A stretch of 32,000 nucleotides of DNA from Cylindrospermopsis raciborskii Cr2010 (GCF_003367075.2 NZ_CP065936.1:720001-752000), one strand, 5' to 3'. Positions 24,205 to 32,000 are shown, counted from the stretch's first letter. Made by a program: numbers and translations. Notes: generated by a model not told the origin, from the letters alone.

Positions 24205-26397
24205 TCAGGGATTTACATTATAAATAATTGATGAGTTCTGTAAAAAATAGTCGCACTTTTCTTCAGCAATAACACAAATATTACTGATAGCTTGCTGGTA
24301 GTTGTTCACATCCTTCTTATTCAGATATAATTGAGCAGATTTTTCTAAATCTTCCAGAGCTTGTTGCTGATTATTCCTGGCTGTCCTTTCTCCATATTGG
24401 GCTAATTCATAGTAAATCATTCCTCTTTTGAGGAACACCTCTGCCATTTCCGGATTAATATTTAATGCCTGGTCAAAATCTGCGATCGCCTGTTTATATA
24501 TTTGAGCATAATTACTGCTATATTGGGCAAATTGGTAACGAGCTAGACCGCGCTGAAAGTAGGCTTCTGCTTTAAAACGATTGAGTTTAATTGCCTGTGT
24601 AAAGTCCCCAATAGATCTTTCGTATTCCTCTTGTGAGTTATTACTATATCTGGCTATTTGTGACCGAACAATACCTCTTCTAACATAGGCTTCATCATCT
24701 TGTTGGTTAATGTTAATAGCATTATTGAAACTGTCTATAGCTTTTTTATATTCATAATCCGGATCATTGCTATAGTCAGCCAGTTTAAGATAAGCATTAC
24801 CACGATTGATAAATGCCTTAACTTCCTGGGGATTAATTTTCAAAGCCAGATTATAATCTGTCAATGCTCCTTCATAATCATTTAAATTATAGCGGGCATT
24901 GCCCCTATGCATGTATAGTTTAGAAAAATTAGTATTTTGTTTGATACCTTGGCTAAAGTCCTCAATTGCTTGTTGATAGTCCTGTTGTTGATAAGCCTGA
25001 TTACCACGTTGATAGTAATCATTAAAACTTAAACTTAATGGGGAATGAACATTTTCGCTTCTACTAGACAATAAACTTTGTTGAGTGTAAGGATTAGGAG
25101 AGAGAAAAGGACGGGTAAATTTAACCATAATATCCAAATAACCCAATACACCCAAACCTAAAAGTCCAAACATAAGAGTATAAAACTTAGACCTACTTGA
25201 TGTTTGTACAGGTTGATAACCAGGCGAAGTTGATCTCAAAGAGAATTGGGTATAGGTAGCCAAAACGGGAACAGCTGGTTTACGAACACGGGGCTGATAT
25301 CTAGGGCGCTTACGAGATTTGCGTCGGGGTTGGAGATGTTCCCGAGCGGAGATTGCCTGCAAAGATGGAAAGGGGTCTCTCCCCCCCAACTTCATAGTGC
25401 GTTCACACCAGGGACATTTATCTAGATGAGGATGATAAGCATGCTGAGGATTAACAGCACAAGAAATCAAACTTGCTTCTGCAGTAGATAAAACCGATAG
25501 CCAAGTTTGGGCACTGGGGCGCAAATAGGGAGAATGGTGACCATCTTCAAAACAGCTGATAAACAGATCTCGTAAATCAGGATGAAGAGTTTGCCAACTG
25601 GGAGTAATGGGAGTAGGTAAATAGGGGACTTTTTGTTTTTGGCTATAGGTAAAATGGCCAGCTAGAATGCGGGACTCATAAGTGGGGGGATCCCCTAAAC
25701 CTTGAAAAACCCCAGAAAAAGGGTGAGTCCCTTCCATCAAAAGCTGGAATATCAACACCCCTAACCCGAACAAATCATGATAGGTTTCCCGATTATAGTC
25801 AGCAAAGGTTTTATTCTGAAGTTCTGGGGGAGTATATTCTGGTTTACCCACCAAACATCGATAAACCGTATTTTGAGACAAATCTGGGACTTGAAAGGAG
25901 TCCGTATCCACTAAACTAACTAAAGCTGTGTTACTGACTAGAATATTTGATTCATTGACATCGCCAATACAGTAATTACTTGCATGTAACGCGGCAAAAG
26001 CTGCGGCCAAATTGCGAGCAGTGCGCAGTAAATATTGATAATTAAATAGGGGACAGTTTTGACGACGATTGCCAGGATTATAAAAGTCCATAATAGGACG
26101 CATGTTCCGAATCCGTGGCATTAAAAAGCCAATAATAGTATCACTACCCTCCGCAGCAGTTAATAACTCCTGTGGCCATGCTATAGAAATATGACCAAAA
26201 CTGGCCGCAGGATTTGCTGGGGGGTTGGCGATCATGGCCCGCAGTTTCTGAATATGACTAGAAGTTGGGTGATGATAAATTTTGGCGACTAAATTTTCAT
26301 CGCTTGGAACCGTATAGACACAAGCTTCACCCCCGCGTCCCAAATTTTCCTGTAAATCCAGAACCTCTTGATTGGAAAAAGAACGTAGTACCTGCAT
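24205..26397 (-). CDS. Atypical Ser/Thr protein kinase (TerY-P triad type) with Cys/His cluster, TM helix and C-terminal TPR array
   Basis: It has Gly-loop GRGGEACVY, Lys VAKIY, catalytic loop IGDVNESNILV, DFG-equivalent DTDSF and APE-equivalent TPPE. A TM helix FYTLMFGLLGLGVLGYLDIMV (nt 25123-25185) follows. Then come 2 canonical 34-aa and 4 expanded 42-aa TPR-like units. Confidence 0.8.
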   Translation of the reverse strand: MQVLRSFSNQEVLDLQENLGRGGEACVYTVPSDENLVAKIYHHPTSSHIQKLRAMIANPPANPAASFGHISIAWPQELLTAAEGSDTIIGFLMPRIRNMRPIMDFYNPGNRRQNCPLFNYQYLLRTARNLAAAFAALHASNYCIGDVNESNILVSNTALVSLVDTDSFQVPDLSQNTVYRCLVGKPEYTPPELQNKTFADYNRETYHDLFGLGVLIFQLLMEGTHPFSGVFQGLGDPPTYESRILAGHFTYSQKQKVPYLPTPITPSWQTLHPDLRDLFISCFEDGHHSPYLRPSAQTWLSVLSTAEASLISCAVNPQHAYHPHLDKCPWCERTMKLGGRDPFPSLQAISAREHLQPRRKSRKRPRYQPRVRKPAVPVLATYTQFSLRSTSPGYQPVQTSSRSKFYTLMFGLLGLGVLGYLDIMVKFTRPFLSPNPYTQQSLLSSRSENVHSPLSLSFNDYYQRGNQAYQQQDYQQAIEDFSQGIKQNTNFSKLYMHRGNARYNLNDYEGALTDYNLALKINPQEVKAFINRGNAYLKLADYSNDPDYEYKKAIDSFNNAININQQDDEAYVRRGIVRSQIARYSNNSQEEYERSIGDFTQAIKLNRFKAEAYFQRGLARYQFAQYSSNYAQIYKQAIADFDQALNINPEMAEVFLKRGMIYYELAQYGERTARNNQQQALEDLEKSAQLYLNKKDVNNYQQAISNICVIAEEKCDYFLQNSSIIYNVNP

Positions 26398-26439
26398 AAT
26401 TCAATGGTGATTAATGGACTTTATAAAACAAACCTTTTA

Positions 26440-27219
26440 TCAGTTACTAAATGCTGCTAGTACCAAAGTTAAATCATCATCCGTACGTTCAATAATTTTT
26501 CTAGAAGATAAAAAACTTGTTAACTGTTCTTTTGCTAGTCTATGGTCTTCAACCTTGGCAACAAAATCAAATAAGGGTAAAAAGAAGGGTTGATGTGGTT
26601 CTTGAACTAGCATATTTAGAGCTAACATTTGTAGACCATCGGTAAGCACTCCAATATTAACTATGTTATGACGCAAGATTTGTAGCTGAGTTGTAGTCAC
26701 CGCTTCAGATGAAGTCAAAAATATGGTTTCGTTGACATATTCGCCCCTGTGGGGAATGGTCAGAGCTTGCAATTTACCCGTGCTATCCCTAGTCACAGCT
26801 AAACCATCTCCTATTTGTGCTACCGCTGCAAGTTTTGGGGTAGCAACTACAATAATTAAGGTAGTTGCTAGGTCAGATAGCTCATATTTGCCCACCTGAG
26901 CTTCGTTTTCCAAAGCGGTTTTGGCATTGATCATGGCCTCATGCAGCAACTCTCTCAATAGGATATCATCAGTGATGACGGTGGCAATATCTTTCCGCTG
27001 GGATATATACTCTATAGCTGTTTGGGTGGCTATCACCGCTCCTACTTTCCCTAGATTGGCACAACCTGCTCCATCTGCAACTGCTATTAATAATACATTA
27101 TTGGGCAGTATATGCCAATAGTGAGCATCTTGACACAACTGGTCATTTTTGATATGGCTGGTTCCACATACGGATGCGGCTGCTACTCGCCATTGGGCAA
27201 CCTGTTTCGATGAGTTCAT
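26440..27219 (-). CDS. PP2C-family Ser/Thr phosphatase
   Basis: It has ASVCGTSHIKNDQLCQDA, LIAVADGAGCA and IGVLTDGL, which are blocks of the bacterial PP2C_2-type. Confidence 0.8.
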   Translation of the reverse strand: MNSSKQVAQWRVAAASVCGTSHIKNDQLCQDAHYWHILPNNVLLIAVADGAGCANLGKVGAVIATQTAIEYISQRKDIATVITDDILLRELLHEAMINAKTALENEAQVGKYELSDLATTLIIVVATPKLAAVAQIGDGLAVTRDSTGKLQALTIPHRGEYVNETIFLTSSEAVTTTQLQILRHNIVNIGVLTDGLQMLALNMLVQEPHQPFFLPLFDFVAKVEDHRLAKEQLTSFLSSRKIIERTDDDLTLVLAAFSN

Positions 27220-27264
27220 AATCGCATAAATGGTAGCTGATGGCTGGCTATTGTCAATATATAT

Positions 27265-27939
27265 TTAGATAGAACCCCAACCGATGGGCGGTAGTGCTAC
27301 TTGCTCTTCTAACTGAGAATGGGATACAGCGGACATACTGGCCGAAAGCCACACAAACATTTCTACAAAGTTGAGACCTTTGAGTTTTAGGGGAGTCCGC
27401 ACAGCTATTTGATGGAGACGATCCATATTGGCATTTTCTACTCCTACAGTGAAAAAAGCTACTTTTTTATTGGACTCATCTCCTCGTAGACGCTGGGTTG
27501 CTTGTTCTATAACCTCGTCTATCTCACCCTGGGGTTCACCATCTGTAATCATAAATACCCATGGACGATAGTAAGCAATGCCATTGGCACGATACTGGGA
27601 TTTGCGCTCCTGAATTATTTCTAGGGATTTATTAATTCCCGCTCCCATAGTTGTTAATCCCTGAGCTGTTAGAATAGGAGGAGTAAATTGATCTACGGTC
27701 ACAAAATCTTGTACCACGTTTACATGACTATCAAAAGTAACAATTGCCACTTCTACTCTTCTAGCAGCTAGGGTGTTCTTAACCAGTTCATCCTTAAAAC
27801 TCAGTAGACCCTGATTTAGTGCCTCAATTCTATCACCCTGCATGGATCCGGAAGTATCTAGCAGGAGTACACAGGGACACCGAGGTTCTGGATTTTCTGC
27901 GAACTCAACCACTTCATCTAGGGTAAAGGTATTCAGCAT
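27265..27939 (-). CDS. von Willebrand factor A domain protein (TerY-like)
   Basis: It has the MIDAS motif CVLLLDTSGSMQG, later TTMGAGI, and VFMITDGEP. The ATG at 27939 is preferred; the track start at 27963 is TTG. Confidence 0.85.
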   Translation of the reverse strand: MLNTFTLDEVVEFAENPEPRCPCVLLLDTSGSMQGDRIEALNQGLLSFKDELVKNTLAARRVEVAIVTFDSHVNVVQDFVTVDQFTPPILTAQGLTTMGAGINKSLEIIQERKSQYRANGIAYYRPWVFMITDGEPQGEIDEVIEQATQRLRGDESNKKVAFFTVGVENANMDRLHQIAVRTPLKLKGLNFVEMFVWLSASMSAVSHSQLEEQVALPPIGWGSI

Positions 27940-28345
27940 AATTTCTTGTGTGATGTCGTCCAAGGTTCTGATTTCCTCTTCTCAAATTATATAGTGTCTA
28001 GACTGTTAGGACTGCAATTATTGCATCTGGTGGTAGATAAACAGGATTTTGTCTCCCAATTATTTCCCATTTAATTCTCCAGTTCAGGAAACTTGAGCAT
28101 TACCATACGGTTTGTTAATGGCTAATTAATCTAAAGGTACACAAGACACCCCTAATATATAATATATAATGACCAGCTAGAATTTAAAGATTCTATGTTT
28201 TCTCTTCTCTATATTATCGATTAGTTTGAAAGAAACTACTGTATCAAAAAGACTCCCTCTTGACCCAATATTCTCATAATATGGTCATGGTAGCACAACT
28301 GCTTTGGGGTCTTAAATCACTTATTAATTTACTTAATCACTTACT

Positions 28346-29629
28346 GTGGCAAAAGTTGTATTAGAAAACGTTTACAAAACTTTCCCTCCCCGCATAGGAG
28401 AAGTTAAGAACCAAGAGTCATCTTCTCCTAACCAACCTGGAGATAGTATTCATGTCCTACGTCGGATTAATTTAACTATTACCGAGGGCGAGTTTATGGT
28501 GTTAGTGGGCCCCTCAGGTTGTGGAAAAAGTACCTTGCTACGTTTAATAGCAGGATTGGAGGTGATGACGGGGGGTAACATTTGGATAGGGAATGATCTG
28601 ATTAATGATTTACCTCCCAAGGCCAGAGATATTGCCATGGTATTTCAAAATTATGCTCTTTACCCCCATTTGACAGTTTATGAAAATATTGCATTTGGTT
28701 TACGTCGTCGTTTACCAGTTAACCACACTAGCTCTAAGGGAACTATGGGTCAGTGGGGAGAAAATCTGCTCATGGGTTTGACTCAAAAACTACCCAAACA
28801 ATTACGTTATCAGACTCAAACGGAAAAAATTATAGAACAACAGGTTTTAAAAGTTGCTCATTTGCTACAAATCAACACAATGTTACATAGACTGCCTAAA
28901 CAACTCTCCGGAGGACAAAGACAACGGGTAGCACTGGGTCGAGCGATCGCTCGGGATCCACAAGTGTTTTTAATGGATGAGCCCCTATCTAATTTAGATG
29001 CTAAACTACGAGCAGAAACTCGCGTACAAATTGTCAAATTACAGCGACAATTGGGAACAACCACTATTTATGTTACCCATGACCAAACAGAAGCAATGAC
29101 TATGGGCGATCGCATTGCCATTATGAATATGGGACAAATTCAACAAGTTGCCCGCCCCTTAGAAATATATAACTATCCCAAAAATCGCTTTGTGGCAGAA
29201 TTTATTGGTTCACCACCGATGAATTTCATTCCCGTAGAATTTTATGCACCACTATTAATTACCCACAGCAATTTTCGCTTTACTCTACCAAGTGAGTGGG
29301 GAAAAGCACTACAAAAATACAGTGGACAAACCGTAATTTTAGGTATTCGTCCAGAACACCTGATGTTAAGTGTACCGGCGACAAAAAATATACCCGTTAA
29401 AGTAGATCTAGTAGAAAATCTGGGAAATGATAGTTTCCTGAGTGTAAGAGTAATTAACCCTGATTTACCGAAATTAGATGGTCAGATACTACAGGTAAGA
29501 GTACCTTCGGATAGACTAATTAACATGGGGGATCAAATTTGGCTATCACCCATTGTGGAAAAACTGCACTTTTTCGATCCAGAAACCGAATTAGCGATCT
29601 TTACCGACAATAAAAACATTAATTTTTAA
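28346..29629 (+). CDS. MalK/UgpC/MsiK-type carbohydrate ABC transporter ATP-binding subunit (orphan; no permease or binding-protein gene in the window)
   Basis: It has Walker A GPSGCGKST, Q-loop VFQNYALYPH, signature LSGGQRQRVALGRA, Walker B VFLMDEPLSNLD, H-loop VTHDQ and a C-terminal regulatory (TOBE-like) domain. GTG start giving MAKVVLENV. Confidence 0.9.
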   Translation: MAKVVLENVYKTFPPRIGEVKNQESSSPNQPGDSIHVLRRINLTITEGEFMVLVGPSGCGKSTLLRLIAGLEVMTGGNIWIGNDLINDLPPKARDIAMVFQNYALYPHLTVYENIAFGLRRRLPVNHTSSKGTMGQWGENLLMGLTQKLPKQLRYQTQTEKIIEQQVLKVAHLLQINTMLHRLPKQLSGGQRQRVALGRAIARDPQVFLMDEPLSNLDAKLRAETRVQIVKLQRQLGTTTIYVTHDQTEAMTMGDRIAIMNMGQIQQVARPLEIYNYPKNRFVAEFIGSPPMNFIPVEFYAPLLITHSNFRFTLPSEWGKALQKYSGQTVILGIRPEHLMLSVPATKNIPVKVDLVENLGNDSFLSVRVINPDLPKLDGQILQVRVPSDRLINMGDQIWLSPIVEKLHFFDPETELAIFTDNKNINF

Positions 29630-29682
29630 AAACATTAATTTGCCACTGCTTGGTATTGACACCTCCCCCAGATATCAAGTAG

Positions 29683-30075
29683 CTATGCCAACTTTTTCTC
29701 TCTGCGGGTATGGTGAACTTCTGACTGGGACTTTTTACCTCTTACCTCCAGATAGGCCAAGTCTTTAATTTTGGTCAAACAGTTGGTTTGGGTTACATGA
29801 TTATTATCAGTTCGTTTGTCGCTGGATGATGAAGCAAGTTTGAGATTTTCCTTTTTCTCGGTCTCGGACCGATTTTGATGGGAGTTTTCCTTGATTAGTC
29901 GGTTGTAAGTACGGTAAGGAATATAATGCAAAGGATTATAACCCACAAACCGCAACATTAGCACGCAGGCCCAAGAATACTTGCCAGCTAGAATGGCCTC
30001 TATTACCTGGTCAAACTGCTCAGGATTGATTTTCGTATCAGCAAGTCCAGTGTTGTTAGAAAAATTGTGATTCAT
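29683..30075 (-). CDS. hetP: HetP-family heterocyst commitment protein
   Basis: From memory, the N-terminal block [47 protein letters not shown] matches the conserved HetP-family core. The C-terminal tail is variable. A HetR-type palindrome lies upstream. Confidence 0.75.
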   Translation of the reverse strand: MNHNFSNNTGLADTKINPEQFDQVIEAILAGKYSWACVLMLRFVGYNPLHYIPYRTYNRLIKENSHQNRSETEKKENLKLASSSSDKRTDNNHVTQTNCLTKIKDLAYLEVRGKKSQSEVHHTRREKKLA

Positions 30076-30453
30076 AGTTAGTCTTACTTTTATTTTTTAG
30101 GCGTGATTTATTTGATGAATGCTCAGATGTGATTGACCAGTTTCGGATCCGTGTTTAATTATCCTCTAGTCATCAACCCCAAAGAGTAACCAGAACAAGA
30201 CTATGGTCATTGAGTATTGTTGTACAAATAGCCGCTGATAAATGGTGAAACTTTTTTATAAAGTATCACCATTTTTGAGTCAGTAAACCCATGGAATCTG
30301 ACTTCTCTCAAGCTACATTTGTAATTTATACTATCTTTTTTTCCCATATCATCTGCCAAGATGGCAAGTTGATAAGTCAAATTTAGTGAAGATCTCAAAA
30401 CGTTCATTTGGTCATTGTGCAAGTTTAACTTTCGTCTGATTTTTGTTAGATAA

Positions 30454-30474
30454 ATGGGGGGTCAGACCCCTCAT
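30454..30474 (-). promoter_or_regulatory. HetR-type binding palindrome upstream of hetP
   Basis: The sequence ATGGGGGGTCAGACCCCTCAT has core GGGGTC-A-GACCCC as a perfect inverted repeat. As I recall it, the HetR site upstream of Anabaena hetP is GTGAGGGGTCTAACCCCTCAT. The site lies 379-399 nt upstream of the hetP ATG. Confidence 0.65.
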
Positions 30475-30983
30475 TTTAGACAACTTTAAAGTTATCAATT
30501 GTTGAATATTTGAGGCAATCTCAATTTGATGTAGGAGTGTAAAGCCTTATAGAATAAGAACTTCATAAATTATCACTCAGCAGAAATCCCTGATTTTCCG
30601 TAAAATTGCCTTCGGTAGTTCCTTGATTATAGATTGTTATATGTTTTTTGGCAATCTCCTTTAATAAAATAATTATTAACACAGAAATAGCAAATCACTC
30701 AAGTTAAATAAATAGCAATAACTGTGGGGCATGAAGATAGAATATTTTTATAATTTAGTTGCTTATGATACCATTTAATAATTTATTAAATTAAACATTT
30801 AAGGGGAAATAAATGATGCTCCCTAACAAATACCCATAACCAAGTGTATTATCAAGTGATTCACGACATAGATGTCATATTTAATGTCAATTAATATATG
30901 GAACCAGAACGCTATAAAAAGCTGGATAGACATTCTGGCCCGCTGGTGGCTATGGTTATCTCTTAAGATTTAATTACCAATAA

Positions 30984-32000
30984 CTATTTAAAGCATATAT
31001 ACACAGCCCAAATAGCCATAGGCCGAAGGTAGGTACTAGCCCGAAAAGTACCAGCAGCGGTGATCGCCTCTGGTGTGCGGAACTGTAGACCATGGTCATA
31101 GACCTGTCTCACCACTGCTTCGGTTAAACGCAAACCTTGATCTTTCATGCCCATTTGCAGTAAAAAAGCAGCCAAGCCAAAATTGATACCCGTCCAAACC
31201 TCCAGAGGGTGGGTAGCTTGAGGGTTTTCCGGTGAACCATCCAGAAGAACACCATTAGCAGCACCAAACTTACCATCTTGGAACTTGAGGAAACAAGCAT
31301 CGTAGATAGTAGTCAAAGCGGAAAGGGCCCGATCTTTTGGCACAATATCCGGTAGATTAAGCAACCTGGCATAAAACTGTCCTGATAGTTGATCAGCCAT
31401 CACCACATTGGAACCACTTTCACTATCTAAACGGTAAAATTTGCCATTCCATAGTTTTTGTTGATATACTGGCAATGATTGGTTTAACCAATGCTCATAA
31501 ATAGATTTTTGCTCCCCTACATTTGGTAATTCCGGGCGGTTTATCAAAACATCACAAATGGCGATCGCAGCTTCCAAAGCTGCCAACCACAAAGCACCAC
31601 AATAGGCGCTAACACCACTTAGTCGCCAATCATCAAAGGTCTGGTCGGGAGCGCCAGAATTTTCCGGTATTCCATCCCCATCCATGTCAAATTGTTTGAG
31701 ATAATCTAAAGTCAGCACCATACCATGCCAACAGTCAACTAGAAACTCTATATCATTAGCACCGGTAAACAGGAAATCACGGTACACCTGGAGGACAAAA
31801 TCACAACCCAAATCTTTCCATAGGTTACAGTCCTGATAACTGGTATAGTTGGTTTGCTCCCAAACCCACTCATTAGGTGCGCCTAAATCGTGAGGTGTAG
31901 CCCCTGCTACCTTGCGTAATGCCATCGGACTGGGGGAGTTAATGGTTAAATAGTATCCAATAATTCTAGATCTATCATCACTTTGGGGGATGGCCCGCAC
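30984..32000 (-). CDS. GH116-type (GBA2-like) beta-glucosidase/glucosylceramidase, C-terminal part (CDS continues beyond the right edge)
   Basis: It has GIPENSGAPDQTFDDWRLSGVSAYCGALWLAALEAA and PLEVWTGINFGLAAFLLQMGM, which are typical of the (alpha/alpha)6 catalytic domain of GBA2/GH116 enzymes. Confidence 0.7.
   Translation of the reverse strand: MRAIPQSDDRSRIIGYYLTINSPSPMALRKVAGATPHDLGAPNEWVWEQTNYTSYQDCNLWKDLGCDFVLQVYRDFLFTGANDIEFLVDCWHGMVLTLDYLKQFDMDGDGIPENSGAPDQTFDDWRLSGVSAYCGALWLAALEAAIAICDVLINRPELPNVGEQKSIYEHWLNQSLPVYQQKLWNGKFYRLDSESGSNVVMADQLSGQFYARLLNLPDIVPKDRALSALTTIYDACFLKFQDGKFGAANGVLLDGSPENPQATHPLEVWTGINFGLAAFLLQMGMKDQGLRLTEAVVRQVYDHGLQFRTPEAITAAGTFRASTYLRPMAIWAVYICFK

Noticed and set aside
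25372-25384. GGGGTCTCTCCCC, which has the same GGGG-N5-CCCC geometry as the HetR box
   Set aside because: It lies inside the kinase coding sequence, where it encodes LGGRDPF. Its flanks are not palindromic and the right arm is just a C-run. It is probably coincidental.
30207-30422. A 71-aa ORF on the minus strand between the HetR-type palindrome and hetP
   Set aside because: It starts with TTG and has no Shine-Dalgarno. Its composition is that of AT-rich spacer and it has no recognisable motif. It more likely lies inside the long hetP leader or promoter region.
30898-30966. A small 22-codon plus-strand ORF (MEPERYKKLDRHSGPLVAMVIS) in the hetP-GH116 spacer, and an 8-codon ORF after an AAGGGGA motif near 30812
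   Set aside because: They are too short to evaluate without conservation data and contain no RGSGR/PatS-like pentapeptide. They are noted only as something to re-examine if homologous spacers are available.
1-32000. A search for CRISPR arrays, tRNA/rRNA genes, transposase or integrase genes, and long terminal inverted repeats
   Set aside because: I found no regularly spaced direct repeats, no cloverleaf-capable segments in spacers, and no ORF with DDE, tyrosine-recombinase or serine-recombinase motifs. The only mobile-looking DNA is the small repeat pair at 482-598 and 13229-13320.

Overview
This 32-kb window comes from a heterocyst-forming (Nostocales-type) cyanobacterium. The evidence is at least ten HIP1 octamers (GCGATCGC), AT-rich spacers, a hetP-family gene preceded by a HetR-type palindrome, and a polysaccharide gene array. 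That array is about 21 kb and co-directional on the minus strand (23946 down to 2720). Its content and order match, from memory, the heterocyst envelope polysaccharide (HEP) island of Anabaena sp. PCC 7120. In transcription order it encodes a glucose-1-P cytidylyltransferase, an LhgO-like FAD oxidase, an SDR epimerase/dehydratase, a GT2, a PhyH-like dioxygenase, an RfbC-like epimerase, a Rossmann oxidoreductase and a GT4. These are followed by a Wzc-like co-polymerase, a HepC-like sugar transferase, a GT8-like protein, the HepA ABC exporter, an unknown protein, a GT2, a GT4, a GT2, a Wzy/O-antigen-ligase-like membrane protein and an AstE/AspA-family deacylase. A three-gene vWA / PP2C / atypical Ser-Thr kinase module (TerY-P-type triad) sits between hetP and this island, with its own terminator; it is the best candidate for an under-characterised system here. 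The plus strand carries a partial unknown CDS, a PIG-L deacetylase + GT4 pair and an orphan MalK-like ABC ATPase. A partial GH116-type beta-glucosidase gene lies at the right edge. Non-coding features include two inverted copies of a ~90-bp dispersed repeat, one carrying a nested 29-bp hairpin mini-element, plus a G-rich tract and several palindromes. No rRNA, tRNA, CRISPR array or transposase gene was seen. All functional calls rest on motif recognition by eye, since no database search could be run.
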